From NCBI GenBank assembly GCA_047967505.1, contig CM106538.1: DNA of 64,000 nucleotides. The stretch is one strand, 5' to 3'. The notes below the pieces were generated by a model. The model was not told the DNA's origin. It saw nothing but the letters and a program-made list of their open reading frames with translations, and did not search any database. This document shows, in pieces, positions 49,501 to 63,099 of this stretch (positions are counted from its first letter, which is position 1; every line of letters begins with the position of its first letter). The position numbers were made by a program, and so were the translations under genes. The stretch comes from Dipteris shenzhenensis (taxonomy: Eukaryota).

Positions 49501-51364
49501 TTTTATTAAAGTACATGGGAAATAGTCCATGTATTCCTCATCTAATATGGCACCATTGCTGTGACATACTCGCAACAAACTTTGCAAATGACTAGATGGA
49601 TCTTCATTATCAGTGCCCTTGAACTTTTAAGGATTTACCTTGATATTGGTGTTAGACTTAGATTTCTCTACTCATTACAGACGCTGTTCCATCCTTGCTC
49701 CATAGCCTAGGTAGACAGGTCTTCCACTCGATAGAACTGAGTCATTGGTTCTCCATCCATCATACTAGCCTTCATGTGTATGAGGTTGATGTTGACTATC
49801 CCATAATTAGTTCACTACACTATCTTTAGGCCTTAGGAGTGTAGGTCATTGTACATCCGTAGGCCAAGTAGAACTTTTATCCATGGTGAGACAAACTTGG
49901 GCAAATTGCCTAAGCTGCTCCACGTTCACTTCAAGTCTTCGGTGGCATCTCTTTCCATCAAAAGCATGCTGCTCATCTTGTTGATTGATTCTTTGGCCAT
50001 CTGCTGTGGCTGGCCTTCTTCCTCCATATCTTTTCCTTAGGGAATACTAGCTGAGTATTGTCGAAGTAGTTCTCTTTGTTCCCTTGGGTGGTCATGTTCA
50101 TTTTGATGTCCCACAAAGGAAATGGCTCACCGCTTGAAATCCAAGCTTTCTGTAGGTGAATGCTTAAACTCCACATGCTATAATGGACCTTCATTTGCCA
50201 ATATTCTAAGATGCCTCAGCCCAAGACTAGCATTCTGTTCTTCTACTCTGCATAGTTATCAATTTCCACCCCTGGGGTAGCGTGGCTGGGTCTCTCTCCT
50301 CATGCTCTTCACTCTTGTTGGACAGTTGATGCTTCTGCCAATATCCTTTAGGCATTGAACTCTGGTTCTGAGACCGCTCTAGTTATCATGGTAAGATGTA
50401 TCCGATTCTTTTGGCTCAAAAGCTCTTTGCACTTGGCCATGTATCTTCATCTTCTTTTTGAGCATGTGTCAGCCATTGACTAAAGGTAGAAAGTATTCGA
50501 GTACCTATTTGAACACTTTGTGTATCCCAGACACCGGTCTTCAAGCACACAACTAGACTGTGCTACTCGTATGGAGTTACTTGGAGAAATTTCTTGTGAT
50601 TGCCCATGCATCCCAACAACTATTTCACTTCATCATTGGTCAACATGAACCTCATTGACCCCTCAATTCTAGGCGAACTAGCAACTCGTTTACTCACAAT
50701 TCAATTGACCCTTCCCTAGCAAAGTTGCCAAAATATTAATGCTTCAGTTCACTCACTCATGACCAACTAAAGGTGCTCGGTGCTAGCCCCACCTTGTGCA
50801 GTTCTTGGTGAAGATGCTCACTCTTACAATCCTTAGTACAATGTGCTTAGGTGACAACATTAAACACTCAGAGTTTGGGGTTAGTTCTTGTAAGGAGAAC
50901 CATATGGTGATGGGACAATCCAAGCTCACAACACTTAGGGAAACCAACACTGAGTACATGACACCATAAATAAATAAACAATGTATAGACAAAGGAAATC
51001 AACTTGTATTGATCTACTGCTTACAACCAAGCCACTTTGGCTTGCAATGAACACTCAATGTAAGCTTCCTAACCTAGCAAGCTCAAGTGAGAAGGAGAGA
51101 ACTCGGCATACTACTCTCTTGTCCTCTACTCTTCTCCTTGTTACAAAGCTTTCTTCTAACTATGCAAACTGCCTTCCAAAATATATCACACTTGGTGCAC
51201 CACACCACTACCTGCTACTGGTTAAACCACTGTAATCACCTGCACCTCCAACTATAAATGATGCTCGGTCCAGAATGTTCTTCCACTGCTTTCGAGCGAG
51301 TCTCCACTCGGTAACCGTACTTAGCCTTAAATCATCCCATGTTGGCCTAACCCAAGGGCTAATA
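43585..51364 (-). mobile_element. Old Ty3/gypsy element, Tat/Ogre-like, internally deleted (little or no PR/RT), with a long extra ORF
   Basis: Direct repeats 43585-43919 (truncated at an (AT)n(AC)n tract) and ~50734-51364; PBS-like TGGCAACTTTGCTAGGGA at 50713-50730; gag remnants ~48780-49650; RNase H end ~48190-48430; integrase 47170-48150 (ILQEAHLG, STTYHPRGNG, ALWAYRTA). Confidence 0.8.
48191..48423. repeat. ~119-bp tandem duplication at the RNase H/integrase boundary
   Basis: TCTGGAAGTTCAGTAATAACTCC...AAAGTTAAACTCT at 48191 and 48310. Confidence 0.88.
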
Positions 51365-52617
51365 ATGTAGATGGAAGTACCTCATGTTGAGGACTTACTT
51401 GCAAATGTGCATGAACAAAATATGGAGTCTAATCAATGCAACTATGTGGTAAATCTCATTCTAGTTTCTCAAGACCTATGAGGTGGGAAATTGTACTACA
51501 AATTGGTACATACAATTTGGCCAATGAAAGGTCAAAGTAGGTTCTCTTTCCACTCATGGATCTCATTCAATGTCATGATTGGATATCATTACTGTAGTCT
51601 TAGGTCTGGCTATGAAACAACTCCATGCTAGCCGCTATATGATGTTATGTGTTAAGTGTGTCTATCCCCATGAGAAAATTGCAAGCTACCATTATGGGGC
51701 TGATGCTATAAGTTGATACTATATGGGGCTTGTGCTACTCTATCTGAAATTACTCCCTCTTAAAACAAACTATTTTGTAGACTATAATCAAAGCTGCATG
51801 GATGTGAGAGGAACACTCAACAAATCTAAGATCAAATTCACGATGGAATAACATGCAACAAAAATCAAACTTGTAACATGATAATGATAGTAATGTGTCA
51901 CAAAAATCTAATAGGCTTTACAAGGCTAATGTATGTGTGCACAAACCAATGCCAAGAATATTCCAAGGGTGGCATGCGTGTGCAAATGTGTGCAACTATC
52001 TTGAATCCAAAGGAAAACTCTAGCAAGTATATCACTAATGTGATGAATTACCCATTACTAAATGAATTTGAGACCAATGATAGATTCAAGTGGATTGACT
52101 ATAGTAGGAACTAATCGAGTGTTTAAAGCAATGGCTCTCTTGGCTTGGTGGGGTTGGACCTCTCTATCATTGTGCTAGTGTACAACCACACTACACCTCG
52201 ATATGAGAAACACCATAAAAGATTTTATCTTTGTTTACTACATTGAAGGGGCTATAATGGGGTCAAGAGGTGGTTTTGATGAGGAGGATTGAATGATTCT
52301 AAAATGTGTAAAATCAAACAATCAAACTGCATGGTGCATGAGTTGCTCAGCATCCTTTCTTTCTATAGTATTGTAAAATTATTCATGGATCAAAAGTTGT
52401 GGCCATTTCAAAATTTGCCATGCTTTGTTCAAGGATGAGAGGTTAAATGATGATGTGGCATTGACTATGCACATGTTGCGTGCAAAATTGTGCTCATGTT
52501 GAATAGTGTCCTTAGTTGGCACATGATGATGTGGCAATGTGCTACATGGTTGTTGATGTCGCAACTCACTATATCTATCGATGTGCCAATGTTGATGATG
52601 TGGCACATGTGGCTACT

Positions 52618-55600
52618 TGTAAGAAAATAATACAACGTCTATGCTCTACAGTCAATAGGATCTCGTACGCAAGAGAGAAAACAAGAAAGCATGGAGAATC
52701 AAGTATTTGATTACTGTAGAATTGATAAAATAGATGGCACTGCCTCCCAACCATGTGCTCCTGTGAAAGAAGCTTCGATGGCGTGCTGGAAACAGTAGAA
52801 GACGGCTGGATGCTAAGGAATCAGGGTTGCTGCAGCCAGTGATGAAATGGGCTTCACGGGCTTGCTCTTATATAGCCACCAGTCATAGTCGGTTAGGCTC
52901 AATTGGGTGACCGACCCAGTCCGCCCAAAACGGTCGACTGGGGGTCGGTCTCGAAATAGGCCACTCACCATACGATAGAACTGGTGTGCAAAACAGAGCA
53001 ACTAACCTACAGTGTCCATTCGGCCCAGAGCCATCTGGGATCATCTGAGGCTCCAAACGAGCCCCATAACTCGAGAGTGGGCTGCCCCAGGAAATGCTCC
53101 GTCTATCCTCAGTGCGGTCAGTCAAGGGATGCCTTCCTGTACTTGCATGTAGCCTAGTTGGCAGTGTGCCAACTCTATCTGAAGCCGTCCAGCCATCAGG
53201 CCACACATGGCCCCCATCTGGTGTCCAAACCAGGGCCTACCGAATAATTGAGCTACTCAAATGTCTTCTCCTCATATGGAGGGCTTATAAGTAGAGTTAG
53301 CTGGTTCACGCGTAGTTACATGAGAGTGGAGCATTGATATCTAACACCCCCCTCAATGTCCACCCGTAAGTGAACTTAGTTTTTTGGCCCAATGCTAAGT
53401 CGATGAAGATGCCTCTCTAGCAAGTCTCTTCCAAGAGCCTTCGTGAAGATGTTCGCAGCATTCTCTATAGTCGGACAATACACCAAGTCGACCTCTCCAT
53501 CCATGATGAGCTCACGTACAAAGTGATATTGAATCTCAATGTGTTTTGTGCGATTGTGGAACACCGGATTCTTTGCAATCGCCATGCAACTCTGATTGTC
53601 ACATGATAACTGCGTAGGCTTGTTCTGCACTGCACCCATGTCCCCCAAAATCCTCCTCAACCACACTGCCTTGCAAGAAGCAAAGCATGCAGATTTGTAC
53701 TCAGCCTCGGTAGAAGAAAGAGCAACTGTGGGTTGCTTCTTGCTGACCCATGACATAACTCCAGATCCAAGTGAGAAATAGTACCCTGTAACTGATCTGT
53801 TGCTGTCCACGTCTCCTGCCCAATCTGAGTCACAGAATCCGGTCAAGATGTTGCCCTTAGTATAGGTGATGCCATAATCAAGTGTGCCTTTGATGTATTT
53901 CAGTACCCACATCCCTGCCCTCCAATGGTTCTCCTAGGGCTTATTGGAAAACATGCTTAGTACACCAGTCGCAAAACTGATGTCCGGCCGTGTGTTGCAC
54001 AGGTAAATCAAGTTGCCCACAAGCCTTCTGTACTTTGCTTCGTCCACCAGTGGTGATGAATCCTCGTTTGAGAGCTTTGCGTCAGCCTCCATAGGGGTAC
54101 CAACTGTCTTGCACTCAGCCATGCCAAATGCCTTCAGTATCTCTCCAGCATAGTTCAGCAGTGAAATGAAGATCTATTTCGGCTCCTGCCAAACTTCAAT
54201 CCCCAAACAGAAATGCATCAGTCCGAGGTCTGTCATTTCAAACTCTCTTCCTAGCAAATGCTTCATCTGCGAGATCTTCTCTTCATGGTTCCATGTTATG
54301 ACAAGGTCATCCACATAAAGGACGATGATCATACACCTGCCTCCTTCTCTGAAGATATACAAATTTGCATCAGATGGGCTCCTCCTGAATCCGTTTTGTA
54401 GAAAGTAGGCATCAATTCGCTGGTACCATGCTCGCGGGGCCTGTTTCAGCTTGTAAAGTGCCTTCTTCGGTTTGCAAACTTTACCTTCTGAACCGGGGAT
54501 CTCAAAGCCTGGTGGTTGTTCCATGTATACCTCCTCCTTGAGATCTCCATTCAGAAAGGCGGATTTCACATCCATCTAAAACACGGGCCAACTTCCCTAG
54601 GCAGCTAAAGCCAAAACACTACGAATTGTGGTTAGTCGAGCAGTGGGAGCAAAAGTATCTTGATAATCAAAACCATGTACTTGTGCAAATCCTTTTGCCA
54701 TGAGTCAAGCCTTGTACTTATCCAACGTGCCATCGGACTTGTACTTGGTCTTGTACACCCATTTGGTTCCGATTACCTTGTGTTTTGGTGGTCGATCCAC
54801 AAGGTCCCAAGTGTTGTTCTTCATTATGGAGCCATACTCCGACTGCATAGCCTCCATCCACCTATCATCACCCTGTGCCTCTTCAAGACACTTGGGTTCA
54901 TCAGCACGGATCACTTCTGTCATCAAAGCATAGTTGACCAAGTGTTCCTGCGCCCTTCTTTGCTCCTCTAATCTCTTGGACTGACGGTGTTTGGATGGTT
55001 CCTCCTCAATGGCTGGAGGTTCTCTGCCGTCCAAAAGCTGCTTTACCCACTTCAGGAATGGCCATTGCCATTGTGGTTCTGCAGGCTCTTCTTCATCTTC
55101 TTTGTCTTGAATCCTTTCAATCACCATTGGGGGAGTTTGGTCTGCTATTGATGGTGGTGTTGGATGGATATCCTGGGAAGGAAGCATCCTCCTCCAATTG
55201 ATGTGGCTGTTCTGAGAAGACCACATCGCGACTTACAATTACCTTCTTGGTAACAGGGTTATAGAGATAGTAACCCTTCGCCTCTTCACTGTAGCCCAAG
55301 AAAATACACTTCCAACTCTTCGATTCCCATTTGGTCTTGGTAGCATCAGGGACATGCATAAAACAGTCACATCCAAAAACTCTGAAATGTGCAGCTGAAG
55401 GTTTCTTACCAGAAAAGGCTTGCAGTGGAGTCATCTCATTCACAGCCTTCATGTAGCTACGATTCAGGATGTAAACTGCAGTGTTACATGCTTCAGCCCA
55501 GAAAGTCTTTGGCAAATCTTCCCCTTTCATCATACTCCAGCCCATTTCGCAGATGACGCACATCTTGCATTTTGCTACTCCATTTTGCTGTGATGTATGT

Positions 55601-58156
55601 GGCGGGGGTTTCTGCCTCTTGATTCCATGACTTTTGCAGTAACTTTCGAAATCAGTTGATGTGAACTCTCCACCTCTGTCTGATCTCAACTTCTTCACCT
55701 TCCTCCCTGTTTCTTTCTTGACCATCACATGCCATTCCTTGAACCTACTAAAAGCCTCGTCTTTAGTCTTCAGGAAGTATATCTATATCCTTCTACTGTA
55801 GTCGTCGATCAGCGTCATGAAGTAGTAAGAACCACCCACAGCTTTCGTCTCCATCTTTTCGCAGAGGTCCATGTGAATGAGCTCTAGAGGAGCCTTTGCC
55901 CTACTGGCCTCTTTAGGAAAGGGATGCCGATGCTGCTTGCCCATCATGCAAGCTTCACATACATCGGGCAGATCTGAAATTTCTGGTAGGTCTGCAATCA
56001 TTCCACTTTTATGCATCTCCTTCAAAGAACTAAGGTTTAGATGACCAAACCTCTCATGCCACAGCTTAGTGTTCTTCACATCCGCTTGAGCACTGAAAGC
56101 TGAGAGTTCATAAATGTTGTTGTGCCGTGTACCTTTACCAACGACCTTTCCTTGAAGATCCAGAATCTGTGCACCATTCTTATCGAATTGAACTTTGAGG
56201 TCCCGATTCGTGATCACGGAAATGGACAACAAGTTCCTCTTGATATCTGGCACATAAAGAACATCGGACAATTGTTTTACAACTCCATCAGGCTTGAGAG
56301 CAATCGTACCTTTTCCTTTTGTTAGACATTTTGCATCATTGCCGACTACTACCAGGATGTCATTCCCTACCGGATGTAGAGAGGTATACCAATCCTTCCA
56401 ACTGGTCATGTGGCACGATGCACCACTGTCAATGATCCACGGTTCATCCACAGGTACATGAATTGCCTCCATGCAAATCTCCTCAATTGCAATGAGCAGC
56501 TCTACTGGTACTGCCTGCGCACTATTGCTGGACTCTTTCTTTACTCCATTCTTCTCATCAGCAATCTTCTTTCGGCACTCATTCTGCTTGTGCCTTGCCT
56601 TGTTGCAATAGAAGCTCTTGATCTTCTTCTTTCTCTTTTTATCATCAGAAGAAGATGGGTTACTAGAGTCCTTACCCTTACCTTTCTTTGATTCGGTCTA
56701 GAAAGCCAAATCTTCTCCAGAGTCCTCGTCTTTTGATGCATCTCCTCCTCCAGAAGCATCGTGCTGAAATCCTCAAAGTTGAGGGGTGGATTTCTGTTCT
56801 ACATATTCAGATCCGTAACAAGACCATCGTACTTTGGTGGGAGAATCCGTATGCACCTTCATGCTAGATTCTCGTTGGTGATGGTGATGCCAATTGCAGT
56901 CATCTAATCGCGCAGATTCTTCACCCTGGTGATGAACTTCTCTGCCGCTTCAGACTTAGACAACTTCTCGTTCGCGAGTTGAGTCTCCAGATTCTAAATT
57001 CACATATGATTCGTGGTCTCGTACTGATTTTTCAAGACCGTCCATGCCTCCTCCGCTATGGTGACATGTTGAATTAACGCCATGATGGAATCACTAACAC
57101 TGCAGACAATAGAACACAGCGCATCTGCATTTCTTCTTGTCCACGTGAGAATCTCATCCGCAGTTGTCCATGTGAGAATCTCATCTGTAGTTGGTACTAT
57201 CTGTTGTCCTGCATTGGCTGGATCTGGTCTCGTAACCGGCCTCACGTCCACCCCAGTAGTAGTGTCCCAAAGCTCGTATGCACTTAGGATGGTCTTCATC
57301 TTGAACTTCCAGATTGGATAGTTAGAGCCGTCCAACTTTTCGCTTTTGCCGAATGGTGGGATTCGCAATCTTGTGGGTTGGGCCATCTCTCACAATCTGC
57401 TCACAAACAGAAACACACTACTAAATCTTCTTACTAGAGTCCACGCTGTGATACCAGCTCAATAGATAACAGGATCTCGTACGCAAGAGAGAAAACAAGA
57501 AAGTATGGAGAATCAAGTATTTGATTACTATAGAACTGATACAATAGATGGCGCTGCCTCCCAACCATGCGCTCCTGTGAAAGAAGCTTCGATGGCATGC
57601 TGGAAAAAGTAGAAGACGGAGGCTGGATGCTAAGGAATCAGGGTTGCTGTAGCCAGTGATGAAATGGGCTTCACGGGCTTGCTCTTATATAGCCACCAGT
57701 CATAGTCGGTTAGGCTCAATTGGGTGACCAACCCAGTCCACCCAAAATGGTCGACTGGGGGTCGGTCTCGAAATAGGCCACCGACCATACGATAGAACCG
57801 GTGCGCAAAACAGAGCAACTAACCTATGGTCTTCGTTCAGCCCAGAGCCATCCAAGATCATCTGAAGCTCCAAACGGGCCCCGCAACCCGAGAGTGGGTT
57901 GTCCCGGGAAATGCTCCGTCTACCCTCAGTGTGGTCAGTCAAGGGATGCCTTCCCGCACTTGCATATAGCCTAGTTGGCGGTGTGCCAACTCTATCTGAA
58001 GCCGTCCAGCCATCAAGCCACACATGGCCCCCATCTGGTGTCTAAACCAAGGCCTATCGGAGCTACTCAAATGCCTTCTCCTCATATGGGGGCCTTACAA
58101 GTAGAGTTAGCTGGTTCCTGCGTAGTTACACGAGAGTGGAGCATTGATATCTAACA
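52618..58156 (-). mobile_element. Ty1/copia LTR retrotransposon (copia-D), related to copia-B
   Basis: LTRs 57457-58156 (5') and 52618-53346 (3'); TSD CTACT (52613-52617, 58157-58161); PBS TGGTATCACAGC ending at 57456; PPT GAGGGGGG next to 53346. Confidence 0.94.
53376..57386 (-). pseudogene. copia-D gag-pol, disrupted
   Basis: KLDGSNYPIW, WIIDSGAS, WHERFGH, RSDRGGEF, LYVDDL, CDSDWAGD, KHIEIQYHF. Confidence 0.92.
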
Positions 58157-59129
58157 CTACTAACATGACAACATGATGATATGGTAATTGTGTTGGCATG
58201 GATGACACATGGTAGATATGACGATATGGATTTTTTGCCATGTGTAATTTTTGCCCTAAACCTATTTCCATGTGGCATTGTCCAAACAAGCTAGGCAAGC
58301 ACTATTGCTAGAGCAGTGTACCAAGACTAGTAGTGCTGGTTCTTCACCTCGAGAGGCATCTCTTTCTCAACCATCCTCGGGGGTTAAGAGGTCCAACCAT
58401 GGATGGTTTTTTCAAGTTAGTTTTGCTAATAATCTAAACTTTTGTATTGGTCTCAAAATTTTGTATGCCCTAATTTTGAAACATTTGCCAAGATTTAAAA
58501 CTTTATGCAAAAAAACTTAAAGTTTTGCCAATAGTTTATATTTTTTACCTTAAAATTCAAAAGAAAATATATGATATTTTGAGGACATTGTACTACATTC
58601 AATCAATATTGTGAAACTTAAAAAAAATCACAGTAAACTTTTGCCAAGATTTTATATTAATATAGAAGCATAAAAACATCCATGGTTCCAACATATGTGT
58701 GCACTTCTCTCTCTCCCCCTCTATCACTTCCACTATCATGGCTACTATCAGAGCACCCAGTGCTCCCAAGCCCTTGCATTCCGTCAAGGCACTAAGCCCT
58801 CCATGTGTGAGGCATTCTTTGATCCTTGTGTGAGAGTTTTCCATTGAGAGAGAGTCCAAGCCCTTGCGTCCATCAAGGCACAAGCCCTCTCTGTGAGGCA
58901 CCTTCATTGTCTATCTAGCTCATCTTATAGGCTCATTCCGCTCTCTATTTTGCATTAAAAATCTTTCGATTCCATCATATAGAGCTAAAGATATCCTCTT
59001 CTGACTGTTACTGTTCATTCCTTAAGTGATCCATTCACCTTCAAAGTTTTAGAGCTATCGTGGGATCATGTGATGCAAGAAAAACTTAGAAGATCTCAAT
59101 CTTGGGGGGTGCACTATTAAGAAACCCTA

Positions 59130-59329
59130 TGTATCATGTGCATTCAAGGGGTATTTAAAAAACCCCTCAACTAAAAAAATTCACCCAATAAAACCCCCCC
59201 TCTTTACTTATGAACTAAATGGATTTTTTCAAAAATTGAATTAAAAAACCCCACCTATTATTGTAATCCTGTTAAATTTTTTCAAAAAGTTGAATTAAAA
59301 TACCCCTCCTTTTGAATGCATGTGGTACA
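59130..59329. mobile_element. Candidate MITE (~200 bp, AT-rich)
   Basis: Left TGTATCATGTGCATTCAA..GGGGTATTT versus reverse complement of the right end TGTACCACATGCATTCAA..GGGGTATTT; TA next to both ends. Confidence 0.5.
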
Positions 59330-59434
59330 CTAAAATTTTATGAGGCGAACTCCCCGAGATCTCAATAGTCAATACTGTAGGAAGGTAGGCAACTACCACC
59401 TAAAGGTAAAACCTCTTTTAAGCTCGATTAGACA

Positions 59435-59966
59435 ACTAACATGAGACTGAAGAATGAGAAGGTCGGGCTCATGAACTCAAAGATTTTGATTACCAAACTA
59501 ACATGAGACTGAAGATTGAGAAGGTCAGGCTCAATGAACTCTCTCCCTATTTAAGTGCAATAAAGACACAACTAAGAGCCCATTCTGAAATCTAGCCCCA
59601 AAACACTGTACACTTAAACTAAAGAAGATGAGGCTCTATGAGGTTGGGGAAGAAGTAACAATGGCATTGGTGCAGAAGGAGATGATGCCATGTTGGAGGT
59701 TTGGAAGGAGAAAGAGTGGACTTATAAGAAATGACTTAACTATATACTATTTAGTATTGAACACGATGACAAATATAGACAAAGTCTATCTCTTAGGGTT
59801 AGGGATTGCCCCCATGCCCTTATACTCCTCTCTCAAATAGCGCAAGTTACACTATCCTTAACTAGAGGCAAGGAGGCAATTGTGCAAAAAGTATCCCAAC
59901 TCTGTCCACTATCCTTAAAAGAGGTGAGAAGGCAGTTGTGCACAAAGTATCCCAACTTTGTCCACT
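59435..59966. repeat. Two short direct duplications (~45 bp at 59435/59496; ~57-bp tandem at 59850-59966)
   Basis: AACTAACATGAGACTGAAGA.TGAGAAGGTC.GGCTCA twice; CACTATCCTTAA..GAGG...AAAGTATCCCAACT.TGTCCACT twice. Confidence 0.8.
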
Positions 59967-61204
59967 TCAAATCAATTGTGTTAAAAAATAGTATAAAAGA
60001 AAAGCATATTCTAGTAATATGACATCAAAACAATGCTAATGACTACTAGCAAGGTATGTCATCTGTTCAAATAATTAGGATTTTTCATAATGAGTACCTT
60101 GATCATACGAGGGAGAATCCAATTCTTTAGAGAATTTGGCATCATTTTCTATGAAAGTAATGCCTTAGATGATTTTCACATGTATAATCAATATTTGTAA
60201 TTGTCATTTAGGGTCCACTTTGGGATTTGCAAGAAGGTCAATGTTCAAAGGCAAATCCATGCAAAGGATGATCCAAACATCCTTCTCAAAGGAAAGATCC
60301 AAAGATCAAATGTGGCTCTTAAGACCCTATTTGATGAAATGAAGACCACTCCATGGAGATCAATGCATGAAAAGGATAAAACAACTACTTTATTTGAAGG
60401 GTGAAGGTAAAAGAGTTCAACTGAGATTAAATGTACCAACCTTTTGAAGAGTAACTTGTCTTTTTTCCTTACTTTTACGTGTTTTATTTCAAGCACCTTG
60501 AGCGGCAAATATCATGTAAATTTGTCCCTTCATCCACAGATACAAGGGATTCACATACCAAACAAGAGCTTAAAATTACTAGAGGCATTGAAACCCTCTC
60601 ATCACTTTCCCCATTTTTACTCACCCACTACACATAACATTTGAGGATATCACCTGATTTACTAACAATGCAAATAAAAAATCTATCCCACAACCATATC
60701 ACATGCTTGGTACAACACCTCAATCAATATTCTTGCACTTTTTTCAATCCTCAAAATTTGTTCCACTGGAGCCATTGATTTAACTCAAGCCTCTGTTGAA
60801 GAGAATCATCATATTGCTCTTTTCTTCCTACTAGAATATCAAAATCTCATCATGATCTAGAGTCATGACTATCCTATCATCAAATCTGTAAAGAACCCAA
60901 GCAAGAGAAATTACAAGGAAAAACATGTAGTTTTCCATCCAAGGAAGATCCATCATTCTACAAACATAAAATATGCATGAACACAAAGAAAACCCAAAGA
61001 TCTTGGAGAAGATTTTGTGCAAGATCAAAGCTCATCACTCTTCCCAAACATCCAATAGATGAAGAAGTATGTAATGCTCCCTGAAAGAAATTCAAAATTA
61101 ATGAGGGGATATTACTTCACATCAAGATTCTTAAATTCCAAATATGAGCCAACTCAAGAGCAATCCCAAGATAAAAATAGCATGGAAGTTTCAAAACAAA
61201 AATA

Positions 61205-61625
61205 AACTCTAAGTTCTATCTCCAAATAATAGGGGAAATGCAAGATCACACCCTAGCCCTTGAAGATTTGCATGTGTAAGAATGGGTCTCTCATGCCCAA
61301 GCCATGGAAAGGATGGAGAAGCACCTCTAAGCTCTAGCTCCAAATAATAAGGGAAATCCAAGATCAAACCCTAGCTCTTCAAGATTTGCACCCTCTAAAG
61401 AGAGAAATTTTTCAAGGAAGGGAATGAAGGAAAGGTTTCTTGGTGAACAAGCTTCTGAAGTTCCAAACTAGATGGTTTTGGTTACCATGTAGCTGAACTA
61501 GACGGATTTAGTTACCACTTAATTGAGCTAGATGAATTTGGTTAACACTAGATGAATTTAAGGACCATGTAACCAAACTAGATGGATCTAGTTCTAGTAT
61601 AGTCAAGGTAGATAAACTTGGTTGC
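61205..61625. repeat. ~66-bp direct repeat pair followed by an array of ~20-30-bp CTAGATGGxTTTxGTTAC units
   Basis: 61207-61272 ~ 61325-61390; CTAGA(T/C)G core repeated about five times over 61468-61590. Confidence 0.7.
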
Positions 61626-63099
61626 CTTGAGTACAATAGTTGATGGTTCGCTATAACAAGTGAATAAAATGGCCTCAAGGTGGGTCCCATATCTTGTGTT
61701 GTGTGCAATTGTCATGTTTTATGGGTTTCCTGTCATTTTTTTACTCGTCACTTTAAATATGAGTTATTTCCTTATGAATGGATAAGTTTGCCCATTTTGA
61801 ATTATGACACTAATTAAATTGACATGTGCTTCATGTTGCATGATTGGAAGAAACAATAGAACATGCATGCGCGTTGAATGCAACACATGGTTTGTATTAT
61901 TAACATGTGTGTAATTCTTCTTAAGAGGGTGAATAAGCAGCTTTCATTCATGGTGCCACATGATACCCATAGTAGGGAGACCTACTATGTGGCACACATA
62001 GTAGGGAGGTCTACTATGAGGGACCTCATCCCTATTTCCATTTGATGGGAAAAATCCATTTTTAAGGACTTGTACTTGTGGCAAGTGTGTACATGATTGT
62101 TTGTCAGTTATATGTTAAGCTCTCTATTAGTGAGTTCCCAAAGTATGCGGCTGTGCTGCTAAGAGGCACACACATGTCAAGGCAATTTTCTATGAGGGGC
62201 CACGTCCCTATTGCCCACTACTGAAGGAGTTCTTGTGGGAGGGTGTGTCATGGTGTGATGATATGTGATGCATGTTTACCATCACTTGTATTGCTTGGTA
62301 AAGTAATGGAATCAAAGTATTGGCATGATGATTTAGTATGATACATGATTTAATTTTATCTTAAATCTATGCAAATTTCATATATTAGCATGGGTTAAGA
62401 TGCAAGTTGTTAACTAGCATTAAGGGTTGTGAGAAATCCTTACCCTAGCTGGAAACACATACATACACACATAGGCAGATAGATACATACATAGGTAGGT
62501 ATTTGTGTGTGTGTGCATGGGTGAGTGCATGCATGTGTTTGGGTGGATGGTTACATCTATATACATATATCTATATATAGATACATGTTTACATACAAAC
62601 ATAATACTTTCATGCATGCATTCTTACGTACATATGTTTGGTCTCTACTGGTGAGGTAGGTTACTAGGATGTTCTTCGGGCACTTAGCCTAATAGAGATT
62701 GATTAGGGGGTGTAATCACATTAGATGAATTACAAGGATGAATGTGATGATGGGTGACAAATATATCTTAGTCCAAGCCATAGGTATTTATAGATTGTTT
62801 GGAGGTCTCAAGGTGGGGTTGAATGGTGCCAGGGTGAGCCTTAATAGATCAAAGCACCAAGACATCATTAAAGTCCAAGAAATGTGAAAATCAAGGTGGG
62901 GATTAGTAGTTGTAGGGTGAGCCCTAATAGATCTAGGTGCCAAGAAATCATTAAACTCTAAGTAATGTGAGTTTCATATAATAGACCAAAACAATACAAA
63001 TCAAGGGGGTTGGCCTTAAGAGCTCAATATACCATTAGCAACCTCAAACCCATATGTTTGTTGCCAAGAAATATGTATAATAAGAGCTTGTTATAGGGT

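Noticed and set aside
52813-53294. ORFs repeated at 57630-58023
   Set aside because: They lie within the two LTRs of copia-D, so the duplication reflects LTR identity.
60100-61200. Short ORFs in AT-rich DNA
   Set aside because: No recognisable protein motif.
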